Shown here one piece after another: positions 38,091 to 51,133 of a stretch of DNA of 64,000 nt. A model generated the notes under the pieces. The model was given only the letters and a program-made list of their open reading frames with translations. It was not told the DNA's origin and made no database searches. Made by a program: the position numbers and the translations under genes. The DNA is from Vicugna vicugna. Lineage: Eukaryota. How positions within the stretch are numbered: the first letter of the stretch is position 1; each line of letters opens with the position of its first letter. The stretch is taken from assembly GCA_013265495.1 (NCBI GenBank), contig MU057560.1, positions 444,753 to 508,752 of the forward strand, in the 5' to 3' direction.

Positions 38091-39667
38091 TAGTGAGTAA
38101 GGAACGGTCACAGGCTTGGTCTATTTTTCGCTGGATGACAATTTTCAAAGTGCTGATGAAAAATGGCCATTGGATTGAAACATGGGACCTCATATTTGGG
38201 GAGGCTTGAAGAAAATTTTTTTTTTCATTAGCAAGGAGAGAAACTGTAATAATGGGCTGCATTTGAGCAGTTTTGAAAGTAAGATTCCACAGGGATGGAG
38301 AAAAAAATGGACGGGGTGTTCCGAGCATTAGGAAATTGGAAGTTCTTAATCCAGGGACATGATACACTGACCTGGCCAAGCAGTCACTTAGCTGAGTCAG
38401 CACCAGCGGGCTGCGGCTCTGTACAACCGGGGAGAAATAAAACTACTTAACCCATCAGCTAAGTGTTTCCCGCTGCAAGTTACACAAGCCTAATTGGAAA
38501 AGATCGCCAGTGTCATTGGTTTATGGTTCCTCCTAGGGCTTCCTGATAATTGGAGTTTTACTTTCTTTTTCCTGGAAGGAGGGGTTTGATCTTTGATAGG
38601 AAGGACCCAGAGGACCTTTGACCCCCAGTTTAAGTAACCCCAAATTGGCGACCATTGCTCGCTGGTGGGAGGGTGGCTCAGCTCTCTTGGGTCGGGAGAG
38701 CAGGGGCCAGGCTGCGCAGTGTTCAGCAGGCTGAGCACAGCATCCTGGCCCAGCTGCCATCCTCGAGAAGACTGGTCTGAGGCACCAATATGGAGCCAGA
38801 GAGTGAATCTCCATTAGCCAGATGGAACCTCAAGCTGTTACCAGAACTTGCTGTCTCAGACTTGCACTGTGAAATGATGCGCCGCTAGACAGAGAAAAAT
38901 GAACCATCAGCACAGCCCTCAAGAGTTGGACGGGCCAAGTGGATGCTGACATGACTCCACCCTCCAGAGAACGACAAACTTCCACCGAATGGCTGCGGGG
39001 CCAGGGCTAGCCATTGCGATCACCGCCTGCCCCCCCACCCCCATGTCATCAGAGCAGTGTCTGAGCCGGGTGGCAGGGCGGGTTCCTAGCCCTGATTCCG
39101 GGAGGGCAGCCAGGCAATGGGAAGCACACATCCCGGATCTGGCATTAGAGGCACATTGACAGCCGTCGGGGGCAGGAGCGGCTTCTGGAGAAGACGCAGA
39201 ACCAGGCACGCCTGAAAGCGAAGGTGGGCAGCGGGCAGAGGGTGCAGGATGTGGCGCGTGGCTCCTGGGAAACACGTGGCCGGCTGGTGACGCCCCTCAC
39301 CCAGCGAGGGAACATTCTGCCTGCTTGGAGCCCAGGGAGCTGCTGGAGCGGCTGCTTTCCCACGTGGAGCCCCGCCAGGCGGAGTGGGAGGTCTGCTTGC
39401 TCCCACCCCCAGCTCCCAGCAAACGGCGCTGCTGGTGTCCGAGTGCCTCTGGGATGAACGCTGCATCTTCAGGTGATGGAGGCTGAGCTGCAGAGCAGCG
39501 TCTGCTCCATGGACCCCCTCCTTCCCTGGAACGCTCCCCCTTCCCCCCTCCTCATGAATTTATCCTGGCCTCTCCTCTTTCCCTTTGTTTTTCCAGAATT
39601 TTCTGATCAACTCCCATTCTTCAGCTCTGATCACACACACATTTGTTTTTGCTTTAGCCTTCTGTCC

Positions 39668-39697
39668 CCCTCTCTCTCTCACACACACACACTCACT
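39668..39697. repeat. (TC)n(CA)n compound microsatellite
   Basis: ctctctctctcacacacacacactcactca. Confidence 0.8.
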
Positions 39698-42600
39698 CAG
39701 TTACATTTTTTCCTGAATTATTCCAAGATAAGTCGCAGACAAGATGTTTCTTCTAATACTACAGTGTGAGTTTTCAAAAATCAAGAATTATTTCTCATAA
39801 ACGTGGTGCAGTTATCCTTATCATGACATGAATGATCTATTTCCATCATATAATCAACAGAATGACTCAGATCTTGCCGACTGCCGAGCACAGGCCGGTT
39901 CTCCTGAAGCACGTCTCCCAGTTTGGCTGCGTCTAGCGCGTCCTCACCTTCGCTCAGAACACCCGATTTTTGGCAGAAGCGCAGAAGAGGTGAGCCGAGC
40001 TCGTCTGGTGCAGACTCTTGGGGCCATAAACTGGCAGTCAGCCTTGTCAGTGGCGATGGTGACTTTAGTCTTGACTTCCCTGGACTGTGAGCACCAGACC
40101 CAGACCCAGGGTGACAGCGGAAAGCTCTCACTCAAACCTCATGCCCCCAGAGTGGCATTCCTGGCCGTCCGGTTGGCTCATTCCCACTGCCCGGGTATTA
40201 TCTCTGAGGGCAACATGTCTCAGCTGTCTGTAGCCCTCTGCGTTAGCGGGAATTCTTCATTTACCCGTTACGTGCTGTGGCTGACTGCTGAACCCAGGGT
40301 GCCCAGGGCGAGGCACCCCTCACAGCAGACGCTCAATCCATCATCTGGAGTAAATGCACAGGGTCACCTGCCTGGGGACTGCCACCCAGGCCGACTCTCA
40401 CCCCTTCCTCACCACACTCTGCACCCTATTAACACAGGGCTAACAACCTGGGAACAGGACGTGAAACTTCATACCAGCCCTCAGTTGTAAGTTACACTGC
40501 TGCTGCTTGCAGTGATATTTCTCATTTAAGGGCCTGGCAAAGCCATCCTCACGCTTCAAGTTACAGTGCAAATGTCGCTTCCTCTGTGCAATCATCCCTG
40601 ACTCCACAGGGGAGGACTAATTTCCTCGTCTGTAATCCCACAACAGTTTATATATCATTACAGTGTGGCAGGTAGCACCAACACGCTGTGTAGGAGTGGG
40701 GTGTCTTCTGAGTCCTTAAGTTCAAGGGTTCCTGGATGTCCCCACTCCTGGCAGAACATGGTAAGTGGGCACTTCTTTTCACCCCTTTGTGTTTTTTTAT
40801 ATGAAAGATTTCACCCAGAAATTCAGCCAGAAGCCCACCCCGCGGCCAGGCCACTGCTCCCTTTCAGCATTTGACAGAGCGAAAGGCCATGCACAGTGGG
40901 GCCTCCGGACCACAGGAAGACTTACCTCCAAACAGCACCCTCCCGCCCTCAGACAGACCAGAGATTCCTACCACTGGGAGAGGACAAAAAGTCTCATTTC
41001 AAACTTAAGAACGGGCCTGAGAATGCTGACACCGTTGAGAAGGATGAGGTCCCCTGCACGCCATTCTCGACTGACTCCAGCGTGAAGACGTGGGCTCTGG
41101 GGGGTAACCAGTGAGCTGAGCGGTGTGGCCGCGTCATGCCCCTTAGCCAGTGCTGGCCCCACTCAGCAGACAGAGGAGCTGACCCCTGTGTCCTCAGTGT
41201 CACTCCCAGGCTGACATTCAGTGACTGTGCACGTCCTCGGCCATGGAGTTCACGAATTCAGACAAGGTGGACATTCTGTTACTGAATTCTCTTCTGAGAT
41301 CGTGCTTGGACACGAGAGTGTTGGAAAAATGATATTCAATGCCTGAAACTGACCAGAGGAAAAAAAAACACGGGATGGGGATGTGGCCCTCTGGCCATCT
41401 GAGTGCTCTGCCCAGGAATCTCCAATTCCCCCCTCAGCTGTGAAGCCAACTGCCCTCATGTCCACCACAAAACACCCACTGTTATGCTAGACAGCCCCGG
41501 AGACAGCCAGTGGCCGCCCGCCTCCCCTCCTCTCCCAGCGCAGACAGTTGGGGCTCAGGCTACGTGCTATTTTATGAAGCATACGTGTATGAATCTTGGA
41601 GCGGGCAGAGGTGTCAATAGAACATTTTTTTAAAAATAAAAGACAAACTATGATGATCACAGAAACAGACAAACACAAGAAACAGCATTCACTTGACTCA
41701 AGCAAACCCTTACCTGCTACGCAGTGGCTGCAGGCAGTCGGCCCTGTGCCTCTGCCACCCCGAGGAACGTCTGTTCTAGAAAAGACCACTTTCTGAGTAG
41801 AAACCCACGGAGCACCCACCTCTTCTGATAGGCTGGGGCCTAGAGTCCATTGTTCGCTTTGAAACAAAAAAGCAAAGTTTTGAAAAATGAATTTAAAACA
41901 GGCTTGGACAAGAAGCATCGCCCATGAGAAAACGACGGATGTTGTCAGCTGCAGAGAAGGTCAGGTGAGCGGGCAAACGCACGCCCAGGGAGGGCAGGCG
42001 TCCGCCGGCCGCCGCGGAAGGGCAGGTGTGAGGCTGTGCCGAGGCAGGGGTGCGCGGGCACGCTCGCCAGGCCGGGAACCGCTGGGCGCCCCCATCGCAG
42101 GTCAGCGAGAGACGCACAGGGGGATGTTCTGGTGGCCTTGCGTCCACCGTGATGGCCCTTCACGGTGTACCCGTCTGTGTGCGGGGTTAGGAGAAGGCTA
42201 GACATGCAGTGATTCGGGACCATGGGGACGGCTGTCCGGGACGAGCGTTCACCCTCAGAGCTCAGCCGCAGGATCAACACACGTGTGTGCTCACAAGCCA
42301 GCGCCACGCAGAGAAGGACGCCCTCCCTCCTCTGGCTGCAGGCGCCCAGGCGGGTCCACTTGACCTGAGAGCAAGACCCTCTCTGCAACGGCAAGGGCGT
42401 GCTCCTTTATGAGATAATGCTCATGGTAATCAGATGATGCAAAAATTGAATTTTTCCTTGCTTTTCTCTCCCACTTTATTTCTTTGCACCCTGAGCTGAC
42501 GATTTAAGACTTTTCACCATTTCCAAGCTCTCTCCCACCCTCTGTCTTTCTCTCTAACTCCCCTTCTCTGAGATTGTTCTGGAGGAGTCCCTCCGCCAAT

Positions 42601-43019
42601 GAAAGCTCGTGTGTGCATGTCTTGTAGAAAGAGGTGTGTGGACGCCTGCAGCCGGGTTACAATGAATGGCTTTCCTCATTTTGTATAAGATCTATGTTTT
42701 TTACAAAATATTTACTTAAAATCACCATTATCGGGTTTTGTTACAGGCAATATGTGAAAATAAAGGACCCAGTTCTCCTTGCTAGGAGGTTAAGGTTTGT
42801 CTTGCAAGACAGATCCAATGCCAGGCTCACTCTGTGATGCCGCCTTACTCCCAGTGTTAAATATTAAAAACAACCAAAGGGGGGAAGAACAGCAAAGGTT
42901 ACTGCTGTCTTGCGTTATTCTGCCACAAATTTCCAAAACCTTCTTGGTGAAATGATGACAGGTCTCCTCTCAATAATTAACTGTAACGTGAGAGCTGGGA
43001 TTTATCTGAAACTGGGAAA

Positions 43020-43385
43020 ACACCGCAAGAAAAGATATTGGGACAAATGACAACATTTGATTATAGATTGTGAATTAGCTGGTAGTTTTGCAATGTTGCT
43101 CAATTTGGTGATTTGGGTAATTGTGCAGTGATTGCATAAGAGAACATTCTTGTTCTTAGGAAAAACACCCTGAAGTGTTTAGAGGTAGAGACATATTGTC
43201 TTCAACCTATGGCCAAATGGTTCATAAAAAAAAAATCCGTAAATATACCCACACAGAGAAGCTGCGAGGGCGGTGGGCAAAGCGTCAGCAATTGCTGAAT
43301 GTGGGTGAAGGGGGTCACAGTTCTGAACTGTTCTTGCAGCTCTTCTATAAATTGAAATTCTATGCACAAAATCAAAAAAAAATTA
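43020..43385 (+). mobile_element. L1MC/MD-like 3' end
   Basis: gagaacattcttgttcttaggaaaaacaccctgaagtgtttagagg...ctgaatgtgggtgaagg...ttcttgcagctcttctataaattgaaatt. Confidence 0.85.
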
Positions 43386-44039
43386 AGAGTCTTATTACTT
43401 ATTGACTATTTTGATCATTACTATTTTTCATTTATTCCTGGATTTCTTTTCTAATCATCATTTGTAAATTGAATAGAATTTAATTAAAATTGTAAAGATG
43501 ATGTTTTTGTAGGATTTTTTTAACCTTTCAAAGTTTGTATTTAAAAATAATATTCTCTCTAGAAGCAACCCTGCTTTGTAGGAGTTTCAATTAAAAAATT
43601 AGAATATAGAGGAGAAACAGCATAAAATTTTATTCAAGAGTAGGCTTTGATTTTGGTCTTTTGCCTCCATCCCACTCTCTTGCTATTGGATTGAAAACAC
43701 ATGACTTCGGTGTCTAGGCGGTGGTTTAGAGTCACAAAGGAAAAACAGAACCTCTAACCTCTTGTGTCTTGACGATTCAGATGCTTCCCTATGTTAAGTG
43801 GTCCATAAACCCACTCACAATTGAATAAACCTTTCATGGGCCTCCCCTTGTGAAAAATAAATATCTTGTTCCGATTATTACAACCTCCAATGAAATTGTA
43901 CATTCCAGGTTCAAAATATGTTTATTGAACAGGAAAGCAGCCGCATGTAATAGTTTTCCCCTTGTAAGAACTCCTGGGATCAGGGTTTGCTATCCTTGAA
44001 AGGACGACACTCAAAAAGCAAAATTAGACTAATTCTTTT

Positions 44040-45030
44040 TAATTGGCCGTCGGTGTTTCGGGGCGGGGCGAGGTCCTGCAAGGGGAGAAGTTGCGGAAGC
44101 TCGAAGTGGGGGTGGTTTTTCGTCGAGGCAGATTCGTTCGGCTTGTTGGCTGCACCCATCTGCTCCCAGGAATCCGCTTGGTTGCCTCCTAGCTTCCTAA
44201 TGGTGTGTTAGCCTCAGGCTCTATAGAAATCGCACTGATCCACACTGTTTTGTCCAGAAAAAAAGAACGAGCACGTGGAAATCTGTCCTTCCCCAGGCCT
44301 GCCAGTCTCCTCCCAGTGCGGCTTCTTGCTTTATTGCTTGTCTTCGAGTCCTGAATGCTGTCCCCTGAGCAGCTCAGGCTGCCGGGAACGCTACTGATGC
44401 CCGCGGGGGGACGGTGCCCAGAGACCAGGATTTCCCCCCTTTTCTTTCCTTGCTCTGCCCCTCCCCCTCCCTCCTTCCTTCTCTCTCTCTTTAAGAAATC
44501 CACCTTCCCTGCTCAAATTCCAAATCATTTCAAAGTTCATTGAGGACTTCTCCTCCCTGCCGACCCTTCTTATTTCAAGGGGAGACGGTTTTAAGTGAAG
44601 GGGAAAGTTTATTCAGGTGGCCTGAATCAAAAAAGCTCCCAGTGATGCAGCAGAGTGCGGCTGCTCTCTCTCGGTCCCTCCCTCCGTTCTAAAGAAGCAT
44701 CTAACAAAACCCCAGAAACACAGGCCGCCGGTAATCTCCTGGCCTGAGCCAGAAACAGGGGTGACAGCAAGCTGCCCTCTCATTATAGTCTTGGTCTCAA
44801 GGTTAGAATTAGACCCTTAGGGTAAGGAGCTGTCAATTAGAGAGAACTCCGACCAACGCCGTCTGCAGGCTAGACGCATCTCCTAGCAACCCCCGCATTC
44901 AGGGCGCAGCCCTCCGCTCGGCCGGCAGCTCAAGAGTCATCTTGAAGACAGTGAAATAACCTTTTCAGTTTGAGCAGATGCATAAAGGGTCCTGCTCCCC
45001 GACGCATCCCCCCATCGCCCCGTCCTCCGT
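44040..45030. promoter_or_regulatory. CpG-enriched promoter/enhancer-like region
   Basis: About 22 CpG in 44041-44415 (hand count). GC box 44060-44069, ETS-like CGGAAG 44094-44099, AP-2 GCCTCAGGC 44211-44219, E-box CACGTG 44272-44277. Confidence 0.55.
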
Positions 45031-45334
45031 GGAGTCAGGGTGACATTTGACTAGAAGTAGGTTTGAATCTGGAAAGAATTAAGACTTTCTCGTTTTCCCA
45101 GGTGCAGATGTTTCAAAGGGAAGATTTAATAGAAGGATCTGGCTCAACCACCAGAAAATCTAAATGCAGTCTGAGGCTTGATACCTTTGGCTTCCAGGGA
45201 GAAGTCTGTCATGTGTATGTATGAGCGGACAGTCTCCCCAGCGCTGCCTGCTTTATGCTTAGGAGGAATCTGCCAATGACTGGGAGTGGAGAGGCTGTGG
45301 TTACCAGGGGAACTCTGCCTTCCTTTATCCTGCA

Positions 45335-45488
45335 NNNNNNNNNNNNNNNNNNNNNNNNNNNNNNNNNNNNNNNNNNNNNNNNNNNNNNNNNNNNNNNNNN
45401 NNNNNNNNNNNNNNNNNNNNNNNNNNNNNNNNNNNNNNNNNNNNNNNNNNNNNNNNNNNNNNNNNNNNNNNNNNNNNNNNNNNNNNNN
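45335..45488. other. Assembly gap (154 N)
   Basis: Run of N. Confidence 1.
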
Positions 45489-48400
45489 ATTCATTAGATT
45501 TGGAAATCGTGTTGTTGATTTTTCTAATCTCGAGCAGAGCGAGGATGGCAAAATACGGGGAGATTATGAGGGGGAGGAGGAAAAGCCAGTCTTTGATTTT
45601 CCGTTGGTATCTACCATCACAAAGGGATACCTCAGAAATGTTGTAAAAATAGCAGATGCAAAATACCCAGCCTGCGGCAGGGTGTAAATTAGGCACTCCT
45701 CTTGGAATTAAAGATTCGGCTTAACAAAGCTCTTTTGTGGGATAACAGCCTCCTGTGCTCCTGCTACAAACCCCGAGCCCTAGCCATGTGTTCAGAAAGC
45801 TCCTCCCAGGACTGTCCCCTCAATGGCTTCCATAGATCAGCCTGGCTTCTGCTGCTGTGAAGCCAGGGGCTCATTTACGGTGCCAGAGTCCCTGAATTTT
45901 ATATCCACACCTACGTATGCTCTGCAATTTATCAGTGAAGTAATTATCTTTGTGTGTGTGGGTGCTTAAATTATTATCAAGTATATTTGGGGACAGTAAT
46001 CAGATAGCCAGGAAACAAACAAAATCAATATCGAGCTGGGTAACTGATGGGTCTTGCGGGGAGGAACAAAACTGCCTTCTGGGGAAAGTCGGTCCTGGAG
46101 CAGAAGAATGCAAAACAGCTGTCACGTTGGTTGCTGTGAGTTTATGGACAAGGAGATCGGTTCTTTATTATGCAGCAGGATAAATAAGGAATTCCCCCCT
46201 CCAACCTGAGCAGCCCTGTGCTGGGTGCATCTCCCCCTCCCGGAGTCGCAGCGTGCAGATGAATTGCTCATTAAGCTCAGATGCACTTGTTTTCCTGTTA
46301 CCTCCTGTCAACACCACAACACGCAGAAAAGCTGTTTTTGAAAGAGAGGCAAAAAGGCTTGAGGAACTCTGAATGAATCTTTTTGTGTGTGTTCCTATGA
46401 ATGGGACATACATGCGATTCTGCTTTTACTTTAAAAATCAAGATTCCAATAAAAAAAAAAACTGGCAAATATATCACAAAATATCCAAGACCTTAAAATT
46501 AAGTTGTATGTCATCTGCAGAAATTAACCTTTTCTCATTAGTGAGAAGACGGTGGGGCCTCTTTTATAAATGGTTTCACAAGGCGGGAAGCCCTTATGTT
46601 ATTTTCCATGTAATTTCACATAAAAAATATTGAAATCTAAGCCATTGCAAATGCATAGACTGTTAGAGCATTTTTACAAATACTGCTGTTGTTGACGGTG
46701 TTTTTAAATCTCAAATTTTCTCTAGCATGAAGCTTATTTCTGTATTTGTAACATGCTTGTTGGCATGAACTTGAATACAGCAACGAAAATGAACTTAAAA
46801 AGGGAATCATCCATAGCAATCAGAATTTGCTTTATTAAACGGCAGACCGGCCATCTCCCCAGGACTCTTTGTGGACTGTTACTGCTGGTTCCCTTGAGGA
46901 TGACTGAAGTTAACCTCTTCGCCGCTGCGTGAATTTAATACATTCCCTGAGCACCACCACGAGGTCCACAGTCCGCCCGTGGCTTATTAATCTGTGGCCA
47001 AGAGCTTCAGTTTCAAAAGGTTTTTGGTCTGTAAAAAGGGTCAAAGATCAGGCTATGTCTAGAGGCAAATTCGACTACTCCTGGGCTCTTTGGGTCCCTT
47101 CTATTACTGCGTCTTTACCATTTGATGTTGCACGTACAAGAACGCATCTGCAGTTAACGATGGTCAGTGTTCGATGACTCCCTGCTCCCCAGCCTTACTG
47201 AAGAAACCACTGTCTGCCAATTTCCGTGAAGTGGAGGACCAGACCATGTTTCCAGAATCATGTTTCAGAAATGCAGCATTTCATTTTTGTGTGTGTTTTT
47301 ATTAAAAAATGCCACTTTGGAAAAATATGATTTGCTTTCTCACTATACATCCATTATCCTAAAATTGTGATTCTTAATGTGTTCAGCCTACGGTTCTCAA
47401 CAGATACCCGTTCAGAGCTGTCTGTCAGGGAAAGGTAATGGCATGGTGGAGCCTCAATCCAAGAGAGCAAATAACAGACTTTTTTTTCCTGGCTCTAGGT
47501 TTGCTAAACGACCTTGAATAAGCCACAGCTCCTGGAGCCCCTATTTCTGCATGAAGAAGGGGAGCCTTCCTGAAGTGGAGCCTTTGAAAGCAGTTATGAT
47601 CTTGGAACTCATGCAAAAGTAGCTCATTATGTTGATACTTTTCTGTCAGCTTTGCCAGACATTAAACAAAATTCTATCTCAACGTTTGTCCATCGCCAAT
47701 CTTAAAAAAGGCACGAAAAGCAGTATTTAGTTGGTTTCATGGTTTGCAGGTTCCTGTCTGGCTCCTGACCCCTAAACCGCCCTCCCACAAGCAGAGGGGG
47801 GTTCCTTACTGCGCACACGCCACTGAAATGTCCCCAGGCTGCCACTCTGAGTGGTTTGATTCTCCTTGCCCAGGGAAGAGCACTAAGGTGATGCAGGGAC
47901 GGACACTTTCTGCCTAATCATACTTCTTTATATTTCACCAGCTGACTCGTGAACCCCAGCTTTTTCCCCTCTTACCATGGTCATTGCATCGTTGCATTAT
48001 CACAGTTGTTTACGAGTATGTTGTCAAGTTTTTTTTAACTTATAGGACGTTCCGAATCTGAAAAACTGTTCCTACCGCCAGAAGAACAGCAGTTGGAGAC
48101 AGAAGAGCTGTAACGAGCAAGAGAACCATCACAAAGGAAGATATTTATCCCAGGAAGGAGCCTACGGCACACAACACACACCTCCAACACGTGGGCTTCA
48201 ATTTAAGTGCATTGAATTGAATGCACTTAAAAAATAAAAAATAAATCAAATTTTGTCCCTAATTCCTCCTTCCTAATTTTTAAGACAGAATTCTGCTCCA
48301 GACTTTTTCTACTAGCCAAAGCCACGGAGCTGTGGAAAAACACAGATGAAAGAATTAGGCTAGGGAAAGGGAGTGTCCTCTTTTGAGAAGAACACAGACT

Positions 48401-48528
48401 CGATCGCAAAGGTATTGGATGCTTTTTCTTTATGAGTGTGTTCTTTGGCAGACTTTGATTGGAAAGAGCCTGTGGTTAAAATGTGTGCGACCGGGTGTGT
48501 ACACAGATATGCAGGTGTGCACACCGAG

Positions 48529-48557
48529 ACACACACACACACACACACACGCGCACA
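48529..48557. repeat. (CA)n microsatellite with CG interruption
   Basis: acacacacacacacacacacacgcgcaca. Confidence 0.95.
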
Positions 48558-49699
48558 TTCAGTAAGAGCCAGCTGATCAACCGAATTCTAGAGCAAGGAA
48601 GCCTCTTTGGAAGTTGGAATCAATTATCTTCATCTGATTCTACAGTATTTACATATTTCCACAGAGAGAACAGAGCATTTTAATTTCCCCTTTCACCTCG
48701 GTCCTGGTGCGATCAAGCAGCAAGCTCTCCCTGAGCATGACCAAGGCAGGGGCCATATGTACGTGCTAAGGCGTTACCTGGCCCTGTGGTGGCGAACAGG
48801 AGACAGAGATGTTGACTAGCTGACGCTTGCGCTTACACAGTCCCTAAGCTGAAGAACCAGGGCCGTTACAGAGACGCTTCCCTGTTTATACGTCACCCGT
48901 GCTTTGAACTCACCAACGCGTTAGATATTTCAGAGATTTACTCATGAAAGGCCGTCCTGGATTTGAGTTCAGAATGGATGAGGGCGCTGCAGGGATCCGT
49001 GGCCCACTGCCAGGCAACGGCCCATCCTCAGCCCAGCGAACACAGAGACCACAAAACGAATGACCTCATCTACAAATCAGCTATTTGATATGCAGATCGG
49101 ACCACAGGCCTCTTCAGAAACACAGCACTTCTCAGGCAGCAGGTGCAGCGAAGAAGTGAGTGGCCTTTCGTCATTTCAAAAGCTGGCCTGCCTTCCTGGC
49201 TCCCTCTGGCCCTTAACAATTTCTGAAGCTCTATTATCTTCATTTTTGATTTAGACGGTCCATTTACGGAATCAGGGATCCTCCCCCGCTCTTGCTTCAG
49301 AGGCCTAACCTTAAGCCCAGACATGAAGCAGGATTTAGAAGCCACATGCACAATGGAGGGACAATAACGTCACCCGGGCTCCTCTTCACAGATAAGGGAA
49401 CAAAACAAAAGCCCCGGCGAGTCTAGACACAGCTCATTTCTGTGCCTGCACCCTCCCACACCTCACGTTTCTAACGACATATGTCTCCTTGAACATAACT
49501 CTCCATGATGCTTAGAGCAGAGATGGAGTCTGCGTCTCCATTTGTGCTGGAAATAGCAGTGTGAGCTGAGGGTGAAATGAAACCTTCACCTCCATTCTTT
49601 ACAAGTAGCTTTCTTTTGTGGTCACAGTTGCCTTCGGCTCAGCGGTGTGGACGACTCCAGTCGGAATTGTGGCTCGCCGGGTCACAGGATGAAGGTGTG

Positions 49700-49940
49700 T
49701 TTTAAGCCAACAAGTAAAATAAGTAAATAAGTAAACAGTGCCCGCCCCCACCCTCCCCCGACTCCCCAGACTTCACACCCGTGGTGAGATCCCGGCTGCG
49801 CTTCGTACGGCCGTAAAGTGCAATGTCATATAATTTATATTGTCTGTGGTTGCAGGTTATATCCTGAAAGTCATAAACTATTATGGGTTTATGGCTCTAC
49901 TGCAGCTATTAACTAAATGAAAGAGTTATTCATTTGAAAT
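49700..49940. promoter_or_regulatory. Candidate enhancer (FOX, RUNX and posterior HOX/CDX motifs)
   Basis: GTAAATA and GTAAACA within 49712-49737, TGTGGTT 49845-49851, GTCATAAA 49870-49877, TTTATGG 49888-49894; non-repetitive. Confidence 0.45.
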
Positions 49941-50753
49941 CTGGAATCTGGGCGATGCCCTAGCTTAAATTCACCAAGATCCTTGAGTGTGAAATATGGG
50001 AAAATCTTAAAGATAAACTATTAGACACAGTGGGGCCAGGCAGTGGGGCGGGAGCGGGTGTGGAAAACAGCCCCGCAGAGCTAGACTGTCCTTGCATGTG
50101 GCGCGTTTGCACAGTCCCCACCTCCACGCTCATTTCCAGGGACTCTCATGTCCTAGGTTCAGTCACGGTGTTGGTTTGGGTGAGCTTGTGTATGTGCTGC
50201 GAATCAAGTAGAAAGACTGTATGCTATTTTGATGAATTTCCACACATATTGGAGGGGGGGGTGTGTGTTTAGATACAGAGAGAGAAAGAGAGAGATTTTA
50301 GAGAGATGGGGGTTGGAATAATGAATTTTTGGCTTTGGAATAAACTTTGAACTGCTTTGTCATGACACAACTATTTTGTTTTCAGTTGCTTATACGTTTA
50401 TTTTCAGGGCTTATGATTTCATTCTTTAATTAAATATGAAGAAGTCAGACATAATACAGTCATCGTGCTCACTCTGGGGATGCAGGCACATACGCCGTTT
50501 TCCTCTCAACACGTCGACATCAGGTATATTTTAAAATCTTCCTTAGTTTTGGAGAGATCTTTGCATCAAGGGTCAGAGATGCCACTAATGAAAACCACAG
50601 TTGGGGCTTTACTTCAACAAACAAACAAAGAAGGTGGAGGCTCGGAAAGAGTAGTGAGTGGAGGCTGAGATGCTGTAGATGCACCTTTTATGCATCAACC
50701 CCACCCAAACTGGAGGGTCAGGAGGCTACTTTCAGATGCTGGCCGTTACCCTT

Positions 50754-51133
50754 TGTTACTAACTGGACGCTTCTGTCTCCCACCCTGTTCAGACGTTGAA
50801 GCCCGACCCCCTGGTGGGGCTGTGTCTGGAGCTGGGATCTCTAAGAGAGTAATGGAGGTCAAATGTGGTCGTGAGGTGGGGCCCTGATGCAGCAGGGTTA
50901 GTGCCCTTACAAGAAGAGCCCCTGACAGCTCGCTCTGTCTCTCCACACGCACGCACACAGGAGGAGGGCCATGCGAGCACGGGGCCGGACAGCAGCCGTT
51001 TGCCAGCCAGGCTCCAGCCCTGCTGGACCTTGACCTCACACTTCCAGCCTCCAGCACTGTGAGAAAATAAATTCCTCTTGTTGGAGCCCCAGTCTGTGAC
51101 GTTTTGTTACGACTATCCTAGAAGACTCATAGA
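50754..51133 (+). mobile_element. MaLR solo LTR (MLT1A-like), near complete
   Basis: gttgaagccc...gtggggccctgatg...ttagtgcccttacaagaagag...cttccagcctccagcactgtgagaaaataaattcctcttgtt. Confidence 0.9.

Noticed and set aside
40755-40770. Isolated plus-strand donor ATG|GTAAGT
   Set aside because: No convincing acceptor upstream; lone GTAAGT hexamers are expected many times by chance in 64 kb
45144-45696. ORFs of 80-135 aa spanning the gap
   Set aside because: Their length is inflated by N codons
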